DNA of 64,000 nt from the human T2T-CHM13v2.0 reference genome, Homo sapiens. Under the pieces are notes generated by a model. That model had not been told where the DNA came from and did not search any database. It saw only the letters and a list, made by a program, of their open reading frames with translations. Location of the stretch: the NCBI RefSeq assembly GCF_009914755.1, contig NC_060938.1; one strand, 5' to 3'. Position 1 is the first letter of the stretch. Every line of letters starts with the position of its first letter. Of this stretch, positions 42,284-55,449 are shown one piece after another. The position numbers were made by a program, and so were the translations under genes.

Positions 42284-42382
42284 CTTGAAGATCTAGTCAA
42301 AGGGTAAGAAGTTCATCTGTCAAGGCAACACAGACATGGGAAATGTCACCATCTTGAAGGCGAAATAAAGTGACAGGATTAA
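42284..42382 (-). mobile_element. Isolated ERV pol fragment, paralogous to 39764-39862
   Basis: Ungapped alignment by eye with 12 mismatches in 99 bp. Confidence 0.9.
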
Positions 42383-43419
42383 ATATATTGACCATCTACT
42401 AGGTTACATGTGCTGTCTAAAAACTAAAGATACAGTCAGTTAAAAGTTATAATTGTTGCAATCAATGCTGGTAAATTTCAGAGTTTTTGTCACAGCTGGA
42501 AGTGAGATTATGGGGAAAAATCCTTCTTCATCTCCTTTGTTGGAGTGACCTATGTTATTGATGAGGTTGGCACAGAAATCAGGAATGCATCACACAGCCC
42601 CTTTAGTCTTTAGAAGCTGATAATGCTGGAAAATTTGCTTTCTTTCAATACTTAATCAGATGAGCTCAAAAATAAGGCCTTTCTGTATTAAGAGAAGAGT
42701 ATTCAACCAGTTTGAATAGACATCTATATTCATCAATTCTGATATTCAGAAGATGACTTGATCTTATTAATAAGCCACACTTACAAATATCCATTTTAAG
42801 AGGTGTTTAATTATTTATGTATTACTTTTCAATTAGTCCAAACTAGTAGGTAAAAGAGGAGTTTTGTTAAAAGAGTTCCCTCAAGTTTAAACATAATAAA
42901 TAATGACCCATTCAAATATTTTAGAAACATGGCATAGGAAATGCTGTTGGTGCCCCACTTGTACCCCTTTGGCACTCATCTGATACCAACACTTAGGGAA
43001 GGATTTTCTGAGAAGCCAAGTACATCACAGAAATCCACAGCTTCACTAAGTCATTCTAGTTCCCATGTTTTATTTCCCTGAAGGTAGTTGGGGAATTGTC
43101 CTCATCTCTATGTTAACTCCCTCACCAATAAAAGTGACTAGCTGTGGCAAAATTCCCACATTACTTAGTTTGCCCTTCCTTTCAGGTTTGATGTTTTCCT
43201 GCTTCCTGTCCTGTGGCTGGTCCTTATTCTTTGCTGTTAGGCTCTGATTTAAATTTTGTTTGTGTATATGACTCTTTGGAAAGATACAACAATGTTTTTA
43301 CCAATTTGTTTTTCCCCCCTATTTGGATAAAACAAAACAAAAATTGGTAGAGGCTAGTTGATATTTCCTTCAATCTTTTCCCATAAGCTTCATATTTGCC
43401 ATAAACTACTTTAAAATGT

Positions 43420-43785
43420 TGATCAACAAAATACTAGCAAATAGAATCCAGCAGGACATCTAAAAGCTAATCCCCCGTGATCAAGAAGGCTTTATTCCTG
43501 GGATGCAAGGTTAGTTCTATATACACAAATCAATAACTGTGATTCATCACATAAACAAACTAAAAACAAAAAACACATAATTATCTTAATAGACTCAGAA
43601 AAGGCTTTTGACAATTTTGTCACCATCCTTTCATGTTAAAAATCCAATAAACTAGGTACTGAAAAAACATATCTCAAAATAATAGGTGCCATATATGGTA
43701 AACCTACAGCCAACATCACAGTGTATGCGTAAAAGCTGGAACTATTCCCCTTGAGAGCTGGTACAAGAGAAGGATGCTCATGCTG
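43420..43785 (+). mobile_element. L1P ORF2 internal fragment
   Basis: caacaaaatactagcaaatagaatccagcagg...ggctttattcctgggatgcaagg...acctacagccaacatca. Confidence 0.88.
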
Positions 43786-43789
43786 ACAG

Positions 43790-43950
43790 ATGATAGCTAG
43801 CTAGCTAGCTAGATACATAGATAGAGATAGAGAGAGAGAGAGGGAGAGGGAGAGAGAGAGAGACATCTGCTTTACTATGTATGTGTATATGTACACAGTA
43901 AAAATATATATAGTATATATAGAGATTATATTATTATATATATATATATC
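43790..43950. repeat. Compound (GCTA)n(GATA)n(GA)n and (TA)n microsatellite
   Basis: Directly visible. Confidence 0.9.
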
Positions 43951-44079
43951 TGCTTTACTTAGGAAAATTTCTATTTGGAAATTTTTTAATCTCCAAGTTT
44001 ATCAATTCTTTATTCTAAATATCTAATGTGTTATTATGTCTATTCGTTGTATTTTTTATTTCAGATTTTATATTTGACT

Positions 44080-44176
44080 ATAGATGCCCCTCAACTTATG
44101 ATAGGATTATGTCTCAATAACCTATCATAGAAGCAATAAATTGCAAGTCTAATGATCATAAATCAGGGACCATCTG
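44080..44176. mobile_element. MER47 (Tigger5-derived MITE, MER47C-like)
   Basis: TIR-like ends tagatgcccctcaacttatgat ... atcataaatcagggaccatctg; about 97 bp. Confidence 0.7.
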
Positions 44177-44581
44177 TGTATATTTTATAATTTTCCATAT
44201 ATCTCCTGAAATTCCCTATCTCTTCACAATTTTCATTGCATTATTTACACCGTATATGAATTTCACTGGAAAATGAAGGCGAATTTTGCTTTATTTATTT
44301 TCCAAAAAGTTTAGGCCTTTTATTCTCTGAGTAATAATTGGTACGTGTTGAGGGACGGGCAGGGGGTTACTGATCATTTACACTCCTTCCGCAGTTACAT
44401 TCACATTCAGCTGACTTGGGGTTTCAAATTTAATTGTATACAGTTACCTTGTATTTATATCACCTCCCAATCAGAGCCCTTATAACTGTTAGCAATTAAG
44501 CTGAGAGAAATTTACTGGGACTTATCCCCTCCTTACTAGCTCCTCTATTAATAGAGTTTCCTTGAAAAATGCCTTGGTAGG

Positions 44582-44958
44582 TGTATTAGTCCATGCTATG
44601 AAGAAATATGTGAGATTGGGTAATTTATAAAGGCAAGAGGTTTAATTGACTCAGAGTTCTGCATTGCTGGGGAGGCCTCAGGAAACTCACCATCATGGCG
44701 GAAGGTAAAGGAGAAGCGGTCACCTTCTTCACAGGGCAGCAGGACAGGATGGAGTGAGTGCAAGCAGGGCAAATGCCAGATGCTTGTAAAACCATCAGAT
44801 CTTCTGAGAACTCACTTACTATCATGAGAACAGCATGGAGGAAACAACCCCCACGATCCAATTACTTCCATCCTTGGTTCCGCCCTTGACAACGTGGGGA
44901 TTATGAGTATTACAATTCAAGATGAGATTTTGGGTGGGGACACAGCCAAACCATATCA
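44582..44958 (-). mobile_element. THE1D-like MaLR solo LTR
   Basis: tgtattagtcc...ggggaggcctcaggaaactcaccatcatggcggaagg...ggggacacagccaaaccatatca; 5-bp TSD gtagg. Confidence 0.95.
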
Positions 44959-47539
44959 GTAGGGATGGGGGTTATTGGGCCAAAAAATCTACTCTTGAAT
45001 TTGAGTATTTTTTAGATTCCAATCAGTGTCACAAGCCCACGATGGGATTCAAAGTCTATTTTGTCTTGGTCATCCCTGTATAGTTACTCCATCCGTGGTA
45101 ATTCCCCCCACCATGGTCCACTTGCTTCCAGGACTCTCTGATCTTATGTGAACATAGTTTTTCTCTGTGTCATTTAATTCCTTGAAGCTTCCTTGTATTT
45201 CATGTCCTTCATTAGCCCCATAGAAAGATATGGCATTTATTTCATTGAGTTACTTCTTGTTAACATAAAAGCAAAGATCTTGCATGTTCTTTATTCTCAC
45301 AGAAAATGGAATTTTTCTAACAGTGCAGTATAAAATAATGTTCCTTTTATATTCTCTTAAAGCGTTTTTGTAAATGTCTACAAATAATTTTAATTAGAAT
45401 TCATGTTTATTCCTTTTTAACTTTTCAGCTGTCTTGTGATTATAATATTATATAAAACATTTTGTAATTTTGTTTTCAATAGCTATGTTATTTAAATAAA
45501 AACAACATTATTTTGCATTCAAGTATATAAAATTATAATGTTTTATTTATTTTTATATTTCATAAGTTTTTTTAGAATTCTTACCATTTGATTTCTTAAA
45601 ATTTTAATTTGTAGAACTTTAGAATTTACAGAAAACTGAATAATATCTACTCTAAATCCTTCATTTTTCAGGTTATATAATTAAGGGCAGGAAATATTCA
45701 TGTATCTATTCAGTAATCTATTTTTTTCTTCTCCCAAATGCTTTTCTAATGCATACCATTATCAGGACTCATGTTCACTGTTATCTCCTAAATTCAGAGA
45801 TGGCCACTATGCAGTAGAATTTATTGACCCTGCTTTTTTATTTTTAGGTCTCTGGCGTGATACCCAAAGCTCACACTAGCATCTAACTCTGATACTTACT
45901 GTGAACATAATCTATAATTACTTGTCTTTATCCTATATATTAAAAATAATGTAACCCAATTTGGTAAAGCTGACAAGTCCCCCAAATTAACATGGCCTTG
46001 GGAAACACAATTCAGAAAAAAAATGTATTTTTTTCCTTTAACGTGCTGAGTAAACCCTCTTTTCATTGTACTGATATTTTATTACTAGACATTTTCATTT
46101 TATTATGGAAATAAAGCTATGGATTTAAATATATTCATCTTATTATGAGGGACTGATCAATCCATTTACCTATAGGTATCTATCATTTGTCTATATTTCC
46201 TTTGTTATAAAGCTATTTATATTGATGCTTTTAAATAAATATTTACTAAGGGCAGATACATTATTTCAGGCATATAGATAAAGAAATTATTGTTAATCGG
46301 CAAACCTTTCCAAAAAAAATTTTTTTTTTAATCTGTATACCTGAAAGAGATGCTTATTTTAGGATGGTTGGGGTGTGCCTCAATCATGTAATATTGTTAA
46401 CTGTAGAAAATAACAATTGCTAATATAAAGATATTTTGAATTTTTTTTTCTAATGGGTTAAATGATTACTTTATAAACTTGTGTGCCAGACTATAGACTT
46501 TATTCAATACTTGGCCCTTTCTTACAAGGAATGAAAGCACCTTTATCCTTTTTAGATTGTATTGCCTTGATTTCCTAGAACAACCCAACATGATCAAAGG
46601 ATGAGCCAGTTAGTTTTCTTATTTGTAAATTTTAGTAGAAATTATTGTCTCAAATTAGGGTCAAAATTTCAAGTTTTTGTTCCCTATAGTGGAAATTTCT
46701 ATTTGAAAAGACAAATTGGGTAAAAACTAAAGTAACACAGTCTATTTCACCTTGTGAAATATTACACTACACGTGCAAAGTATTATCCACAAAACCACTT
46801 TCCATAGTGCAATGGATCTCAAAGGCAAAGGAAGAAATTATTGGGAAGAATCCCACTCCCCCTACACAAACGCATCCCACCCAGTGAACAACTAGCCTTA
46901 GACATAGAGAGAAATACAGCTGTCTATCTCAAATTTACTAGCACTGCTCTGAGGAATTTTTGGTTTCTTGTAACTGTTCTTTGAGTTGGAAATGCACGGT
47001 TTAATTGCAGAATGATTAAAGCATGCTGTATGCTATTGTTTAGGTTTAATCTGAAGAGCGGAAAAAATTGTCGGAATTGACAACGCCTTCAGCAATTATA
47101 TTTTTTCCACTAAAATGAATGTTCCTGAAGAAATTACTACTTTATAAACAAGCATCATAATTGAAGTAATCATGATTTATTCTATAACAAATTAAGCTGT
47201 TTAAGAATTTTATTATAGGACTCTTAAATTTCTTAAAATTGGATTGTTCAATGGAATCTCAAAACTGCAAAAACATTTACCATTTTGAAATAATAATTAT
47301 TACTGTATTTTTCATTTAATAAACCATGAATCGAACACATAATCCTTATATAGGTGAGCACATTGGTCTTTAGGGTAGTGAATCATAATTTTTTTAATAG
47401 AGAGCATTTTTAATTTTAATGGCTGCATGGTTTTCTACCAATATGACAACATCAATTTAAGCTACTAACAGCTGTATATGTTTTGCTAACATTTGATATT
47501 ATAAAAATTTAAATTTTTGCATGTTTTTTGGGTAAAATG

Positions 47540-47630
47540 TATTCATTTAACAATGTGCCAGGCCTAATTTTAGTGGCTGGGAATTCTGTAGTGAACAAAA
47601 CAGCGCTAAAATTCCTATACATGTGGAATT
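47540..47630 (-). mobile_element. L2 3' fragment
   Basis: attcatttaacaatgtgccaggc...gctgggaattctgtagtgaacaaaacag. Confidence 0.65.
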
Positions 47631-48624
47631 TCGATACCAGATTGTCATCTTATTTCTGTTGACATGAGGTCTAATGAAGCTTTGCACAGTTTCATGTGCT
47701 TACATGAACACTTTTATAAATAGATCTTTACCTTTGGTTTTAATTACTGATGCATTATTAAGCTAGGCACCTACATACCTAAGAGAAACATGGCTAGTGC
47801 TCACTTCAAACATACAGTGCTGTTTAAAGTGAGTGCTAGTCATGTTTCTCTTACCAACATTTTCTCTTTTTTGTAAAGAGTTTAAAATTTTTAAAATCTG
47901 AGATGATGTAAAAAGGGCTCAGTATTCACAGGTAAATTTCCTTGGCTAAATTTGTATCAAAAGTAAGGAAATATTTGTATATTAAATCAATTTGTCAAGA
48001 GAAATAAAAATCAAGCTGGAAAGAATTAGGTGGTCTTTAAACACCATAATTTTGGTTTCAGAAATGTCACTCTGACTTCCCATATCCTTTCACGGTTTGA
48101 AATAACATTGCATAAGTAATAATTTAAAAATTGTGAAGAGATAAGATCAGATATTTGTGTTTTACTAAATATTTCTTTTCTTGAACACCAGAAGAGAGAA
48201 AATTGTATAGTTTTGCACAATGTAGGATATAGAGTATAATTTGAAAATACAATTAATTAATATCGTTCATTATTTTATGATATTTTTATATTCTTCCTTC
48301 TTTCTTTCTTGTAACCAAAACACTGAAAGAAGACCAGTGAACAAAAGCAATCACTGAAACTATTTTAAGGAATTTCAAGTATTAGTAACCATATAATATT
48401 TACCATGGGTAAGGTAATCTACTAAACTGTTTGTGTGGGAAGATGGGGGAGGGGTTGCACTTAATTTACTACTGTTTTCCAATATTACGATAATGAATCT
48501 GAGGCAGCATAGTTTTTCAAGGTTATACAGCTAGTTTTAACCAGAACGGATAGTGAAATCGGTTCACCATCAGTAAAGTCGGCTTCATTAACCTTGAAAT
48601 ATGAGTCTACACACAATGAGGCCT

Positions 48625-48830
48625 TAACTACTGCCCAGTTCCTAGGACTAGGCACTATGTAAACATTAGCACATTTTACCTGCACAAAAACAATCCTGTG
48701 AAGTTATTTTCATTTCATGTGTGTATAGGAATCTAACACAGACTATTTCAGTAACTTGTCTAAGTTCTCACGTAATAATGGTAGAACTGAAGTTTTACTC
48801 ATTGTCTTGTGACTTCAAATTCAAAATGTT
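48625..48830 (-). mobile_element. MIR
   Basis: aggcactatgtaaacatt...aacaatcctgtgaag...agtaacttgtctaagttctcac...tggtagaactg. Confidence 0.7.
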
Positions 48831-49679
48831 TAGAAGATAATTTGACCTGGTATATCCCTAAGAGTATCTGTTTAACTATGTTATTCCTGTCTAATTATTT
48901 ATATTATATTCTTTTATATATCGCTGATATCTCAATTTGAACAATAAATTGTATATTAGTAGATACCCTCTGAATACCGTGCCATAATAACTTCCAGTTT
49001 GGAGCTCCTAAGCAAACCCTGTAAGTCGCAGTCAGGAATGTTACCAAATCATAGCAGAAGCTGTTCTATGGACCCCACATGCCATAACAGCTTCCTTACT
49101 CGCCAATTGCTTTGATGGTTGTCACCTTGTCTTTTTTGGTTATGTTTATGTCTGAGTATCACCAACACAGGAAAAGTGTGCCGTGCTTGTCTCTGTCCTC
49201 AGAAACAATTTGTTTAAGAAATATATAGTCACCATTGAAGGATTCATCTTCTCCTATTCATTGCTGGGTTAGAGAAGGTTCTTCAGTCCTCTTTGGGATG
49301 GGACCAGACACTGCGTCCTCTAATGCCATTCTGATCATTGCTAGGTTATTACTATCAAACACTGGGTAAATACTTAGATGTTTTCATAAAAGAGTCAATA
49401 TTGTATACTTTATGAAATACATCATATGAATCAATATGATAGACTATATTAGAGATGATCTATGCATATATATTTCCATTATTAAATATTTCAAGTCATC
49501 AAAGCTAATAGAAAAGCCAAGGACACAAATTGAAATCATTGATTGAAAAGCCACACACAAAAAAAAAAGAAATGGAAGAAATGATAGTATGCTCTTCTTT
49601 TAAATTAAATAGAAATGCTACGAAAACACATGTTTTTCCTGGAGAGGCTTCGTAAGCAGCACTGCTGCCGTTAGATGGA

Positions 49680-49870
49680 GGCATGTAAGTTCCAAAACCT
49701 AGCTCTTTAGCTCACTAGCTGGAAAACCTGTGGTAAATTATATAAATCTACTATGATTCCATTTTCTCACAGGTGAAAGAGTAATAGTAATATTAACTTC
49801 CCTTATATGGTTGTTGAAGATTAAGTAATTTATGCCTAACTACTGGCATATAGTAGATGCTTAACACATT
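49680..49870 (+). mobile_element. MIR
   Basis: ctagctctttagctcactagctgg...ggtaaatta...tggttgttgaagattaa...ctggcatatagtagatgcttaa. Confidence 0.7.
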
Positions 49871-51119
49871 GATGTTTATCAATGGCATAATAACAAACAT
49901 CTACTATTGGGGTATAGCAGAGGCTTAACATTGATATTATTATACATTTAATAATCTTATGAAATTATCAAAATGAAAATATAAACCTAAAAGACACTCT
50001 TTTAAAGTAATTCTTTATTAGTCATATATTTTTAGCAAATGTCAGCAAATTTGACAATTTAAAACATTATAAAATGTATCAATTGTTTTAGAAAAGAATA
50101 AATATTCCTCCAAAATTATGTCTTGAAATGATTTCCTAGTGATCATTCCATAATTTGCTTTTGTAGTATGACAGAAAGTATTATTCCAAAGCAGGATTAG
50201 TGTTTAGTGTTTAGTCATTTTCTTCATTTGTTCTTGTGCAATATTAAAAAAAAATCTGTGAAAATAGAGAATCTTAAAAGAAAAATTAACTGCTGCTCTC
50301 AAGTGTGGTTTTGACAATGTGACTCTTCATCCTGGAGAGCCCTCTGTGGTAGCAGAGTTTGGCTAGTCCATGAACTTTAGCTTCTATTTAACAAAAATGA
50401 AATGGATGACCCAGGGATACTATCACTCTATGAAGATAATCATTAACAATTCGTGAAGGAGTAACCTCATAAGGTCAGGGGCATGCTCATCTCAGATTTC
50501 TTCACATCAGTGCACAGAATCAGGAGGTAATTGAGCAATTTACTGCTGTCCTTTTAGCATTGAAGATTTGTTGATTGTTGGTTGATGGGGAAGAAAGGAA
50601 AAATGGTATTGTTGTAATATCATGTCCCTCGTATTATCACCCTGTGCATGCAAAGAGACCATTTTATATCAAATCAGATCTAGGATCTTGAATGAAGTTG
50701 AAGAGAGCTTTTACAGATCCAATATAATACCTTTACTTTTAGAGGATGAATTATAGTTTTTACTAGAGGAGAGTATTAGGCTAATAGCTTTTAGATAAGT
50801 AGTGTATTTCAAAGGGCAAAAGAGCTGCTGAGGTCTTTCGTGCCTTTTTTTTTCTAACTTTTATTAACTATTTAATCACTCTAGAAAACAGCTTAGAGAT
50901 TGTTACTGCTCAAAGGGCCCTAAAATGCAACAATACAATGTGCTGCAAAGAAAATCTCATGCTTTTATGTCTACATTGAGGCTCCAGCCCCTTAACAATG
51001 ATCCTCACAGCAGATATATCTGTTCTCAAGATTTATTTCATAGTATTTACTAAAATTAGACAAAGATTCTTGTATTAAAGCTGGTAGATATGTAAGTATC
51101 ACATTAAGTACCTTCTAGG

Positions 51120-51700
51120 TGTTAAAGGAAAAGAAAAATCACACCAGAAAAGCAAAGAGAAGTATATTTTATTCTGACACTGTTGCTGTAGGTGAGAAAG
51201 AATGAACTCAACACCCCTGAAAAGGAAAAGGCAGACAGGATTTTTAAGTAGTTGGGTAGTTAGTACAAAAGTCCTGGGCATATTCAGGAGGTGGTTGATC
51301 AGTATACATGTCTGGCACTTAGAGATATTTCTGCGTTTGCAAATATTTTTCTCTGTAACTAGCCTTCTGTGATTGCTAATTAGCATCTATTAAAAATTAG
51401 GATCCTCCCCTCCCACAGACACTGGGAGATAGGGACACATCTCCTTAGAAATTTACATTTCAAAGAGATGGTTCTCAAGTCCTCAGGAATGACATTTTCT
51501 TGGTTGTAAAACTGGCAAGAGACTAGGGAAAGATTTATATATATTTTAAAGAGGCAGAGAAGGAATTCACAATTTCAAGTTTTTGAAAAAAAAATGCTCT
51601 ACGAAAAGAGAAGTAAAGGACATATAGTCCCCAATTAAAGAGGAAGAAACCAGTCCAAAGTTTGTTCAAGCTGAGGGGAATGTTAAGGCCATCTTGGTCA
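51120..51700 (-). mobile_element. MER67-like ERV1 solo LTR
   Basis: ctcccacagacactgggagataggg...tacatttcaaagagatgg...aagctgaggggaatgttaaggccatcttggtca. Confidence 0.8.
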
Positions 51701-52029
51701 TTAGTTATTATTTCTGTTATTTTGACATAAATCTATAAAGAAACATCATAGAAAATTTAAATCAAATGAAATAAATATTTTTCTGTAATAATTACTGTGT
51801 CAAAGAATATTAATAAATATTTGTGTCTTCTATTTATGGATTTCTGTTATTTAAAAAGAATATTAAAATGTATAAACTTTAAATATATCTTTTGAAATAG
51901 ATATTATTATCTCACAGTATAGGGTGTAATTGAGTCTGAAAAACAATTTCCTTTTTCAGTCATTGAATATATGTGTATATATGACTGAGCTGAAATTAAC
52001 CCAAGATCTCACTAGAAAGTATAAGCTTT

Positions 52030-52220
52030 GGCATCAATCCTGGATTGAGTCATGTCTCTGTTAATTACCAGCTCCATGACTTCATTTATTTTATACTTAA
52101 CTTCTCTTTGCCTTAGTCCTTATCTAGAAGCTAAAAACCAATACTACTATATCTGGGTTACTGTGAGGCCTAGTAAAGAAAAATTTGGGTAAAAAGACTA
52201 GTATATAGTAAATGTCTTAT
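52030..52220 (+). mobile_element. MIR
   Basis: ctttggcatcaatcctggattgagtcatgtctctg...cttaacttctctttgccttagtcc. Confidence 0.6.
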
Positions 52221-52504
52221 TAAGGTTAATTATTTACATTATTACTCTAAATGCTATATTCTCACTGTATCCTGCCTCCTCCTAAGAGACAGTATTTTGA
52301 GGATTTCAGAATAAATTATATGTGAATCATTGTGGTAGGTATCACAGTTCTTATCTTGAATCTATGCGTGATTATGCATTATTTTGAAATTGTTTTAATT
52401 ACGAGTTCTGTTTTTTATACTAATAAACACAAAAAAGTTTTAAATACAAAACAAAGTAAAACACAAGTCCATGAAAATAGTACTGTATTTACTACTTTAT
52501 TTAT

Positions 52505-52740
52505 AAGAGTAGTGTGCCGGAATGGTTAAGCGCACAAACTATAGAGCTAGATGCTTACATTCAAATCCTGGCTCCATAATTAGTGGGTGACCCATAGCAA
52601 GTTAATCTAAATCTCTATAACTCTTAATTATATCATTTGTAAAGCAAAGATGGTAATAATAGTTCTTATATTTTGTGTGGATAAAGTCAGCTAATAAAAA
52701 CATGAAATTGACTGACAGTAATTACAGTCACAGGATATGC
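52505..52740 (+). mobile_element. MIR
   Basis: aatggttaagcgcacaaactatagagctagatgcttacattcaaatcctggctcc...gcaagttaatctaaatctct. Confidence 0.75.
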
Positions 52741-53599
52741 CTTTTCTTAACTGAGAGCTATCATTATCATTACATAATTACTATTGTACATTTTTTTCCT
52801 GAATCTCAGTGGCATACATTTTACTTCTGGCATTCCATAATGAAAATAAACCATAAAAAATAGAAAATTATAAGAAAATGTATTTGACATTTTATATATA
52901 TATATATATATATACACATATATATATATACTCAATTGAGAGTGTATATTTATATGTTTATATATACACTCTAAATTGGGTATAGACATTTATAGAGAGA
53001 GAGATGAGAATACACACACACACACACACTCACTCTTAATTGATAAATAAATTAAAAATATTAACAACAACAAGCACCCAGCTGGTAGGGTTCAAATCTC
53101 TTTTCATCCTCTCTTCCAAATTCAGAATGATGAACTTGAAGATATAGGTAGAAAGTAGTGTAAGAAAAAATAAATCAGTAAAAATATAAAATGTACATGC
53201 TGATTTTCTCTTTTAAAACTATGGTTTCAAATAAAAAGTAGAAATTGTAATGGTTAACAATGTATATATCTATCCACAGACATACGTCTATATACATATA
53301 AACAGATGCAAAGTAGGAATACATTATATATGTTCTAACTTCATGTATAGCAGGTATAGGTTTTATATGTAAGTTAGGTGTATAATTCATCTTAAAAAAT
53401 TAGTTTAAACTTTTAAATTGACAAAGGTATTACAAATAGCTTTTAATAAATTCCTAGATGTTGTCTAGAGTATAATTCAAAAATTAATTTATGCTACAAG
53501 GGTCTTCACCTTTCAGTATCTAGCTTTTTTGCATCTAGCTAGAGCTAACATTCATTGTAAAGGGTTAACAGTGATGCAAATTCTTCCTATTTATAGCAA

Positions 53600-54532
53600 T
53601 GTGAGAGAATGAATACACAACTGAAAAATAACTAGACCATATATAAAGACAGAACTCTGACCTACAGTCTGCAGTAACTGCCCAGGAAACCAACCACTTA
53701 TCTCCAGTAACCTGCCAGGAAGTGAGCCCGCTATGTCTAACATCTAGAAAATTAGAATTCTATTTTTAGTAGCCTTGGAGAAATCTAAATAACTTTTTTA
53801 ACAATCAGTCCAAAATGCCCAAGGCTTAATCAATACTTGACAACTTCCTTAATTTTTGTTCCTGCTTCCATCTTAGACTTAACCAGAGAAGGCCAAATAG
53901 GTAACCCTAACCAATCACATACAATGCCTCAGTTCTAGTTAGCCTGCCTACAACTTCACATTGACAGCCTCCAGTCAGGGCATACATCAAGCTTTTAGTT
54001 TTTTTCTTCCTGCAATAAATGTTGCCCACTCTTGCTTGCCTTTTAGTTTCTGCCAAAAGCAAATGATAGTGGCTGACTTTCTTGCTATAGCAATCTTTGA
54101 ATAAATAGCCTTTTCTTGTTTATGTTTGGTCGGTCTTCACTTTTTTTTTAAACTTTAAGTTTAGGGGTACAAGTGCCGATTTGTTACATAGGTAAACATG
54201 TGTCACGGGGGTTTGTTGTACCAATTATTTCATCACCCAAGTATTAAGCCTAGTACCCATTAGTTATATTCCCTGATTTTCTTCGTCCTCCCACTCTCCA
54301 CCCTCTGAAAGACTCCAGTGTCTCTTGTTCCCCTCTATGTGTCCATGTGTTCTTATCATTCAGCTCTCTTATAAGTGAGAACATGCAGTAATTGGTTTTC
54401 TGTTCCCTTGTTAGTTTGCTAAGGATATTGGCTTCCAGCTCCATCCATGTCCCTGCAAAAGACATGCTCTTGTTTTTTGTTTTTTGCTTTTTTTAGGGCT
54501 GCTTAGTATACCATGGTGTATATTATTTCCAC
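53600..54532 (+). mobile_element. MER34-like ERV1 LTR, interrupted near its 3' end by an L1PA
   Basis: agaactctgacctacagtctgcagtaactgcccaggaaaccaacc...aaccaatcacata...ttgctatagcaatctttgaataaatagcc...tttccaca. Confidence 0.8.
54141..54522 (-). mobile_element. L1PA (L1PA11-13-like) 3' end
   Basis: aggggtacaagtgc...catcacccaagtattaagcctagtacccattagtta; ORF MSFAGTWMELEANILSKLT. Confidence 0.9.
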
Positions 54533-54950
54533 AGTTATCTTGGAAGTCCCACTGAAACTCAGTCTGTACTAGCGGTCTCTGGGAGCCCTAGCTTTGGACC
54601 AGATGTATTGCCCACAGGAGGCCTCTTGTGCCTTGCTGCTCTCAGCTTGCAGAGTAAGTGACAGTGTGGTAATTTGGAATCCTGCTCTCTTTACCTTAGA
54701 ATTCTCCACTATTTACTATTTGGTTTGGTACAAGGGTTTTGTTGTTGGTTCCCACTTGTTTGCCCTCCTTGATGAAATCAGGCCATTCTTTCTCATAGTA
54801 GTTTGCTATTTTTTTTGTTTTGTTAACTCTTTTGTTTTTTGCTGTTTAAAACTGTTGTTTGTCATAAAAGGGAGAATCATGAGGGAAGGCACAGATAAAG
54901 GCTCTATAAGCCTGTTGTCTCACCTGGCCTCAAAGACCAGGGAGTTTGTT
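54533..54950 (+). mobile_element. ERV internal 5' leader following the MER34-like LTR
   Basis: Begins directly after the LTR end with PBS-like ttggaagtcccactga; gagtaagt donor-like motif; T-rich leader. Confidence 0.55.
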
Positions 54951-55449
54951 CTTTGTTTATTTTCACCAATGCAAATTAATTTATTTCCAGTTCAAGAAAC
55001 AATTATCAATTAAAATGTATATAAAACATGCAGTTTTCAGTTGTATCTACTTGAAGATATCTTTATGTGTGAACATATAAGCTTCGATCATTTTGGAGAA
55101 ATTAAACATTGGGGGGTCTTCTACTTAAAAAAACAGTCCATTTATAGGGCTTTACAATATGAAAATATGTCTTTCAATGACTTACATATAAGAATTATAT
55201 ATTGTAAGGTACATGTTAAACATGTTTAATATACTGGACAATTTTATTTCATTTGAAAATATCAAATAAGATATAATGCTAAGTTTCAAATGGATTATCT
55301 TGCATAATTTCTTCTTATTTGATCCACTGAAGTTGCCAGTTTATTGTTTTGTGGTTGATGTGAACATAGTGGCTTCTTTTAGATTTCAGTTTCTGGAGAT
55401 ACAGATGACTACTACTCCATCATTTCATATAATATTTTCAGCAAACTCA

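Noticed and set aside
37222-51700. MER67-like LTR at 51120 as the 5' LTR of the pol-env block
   Set aside because: The 11 kb between them contains MIR, L2 and old L1 relics that predate such ERVs.
54594-55013. 139-aa ORF as ERV gag
   Set aside because: It has a non-ATG start, Phe/Val/Leu-rich composition from the T-rich leader, and no gag motifs.
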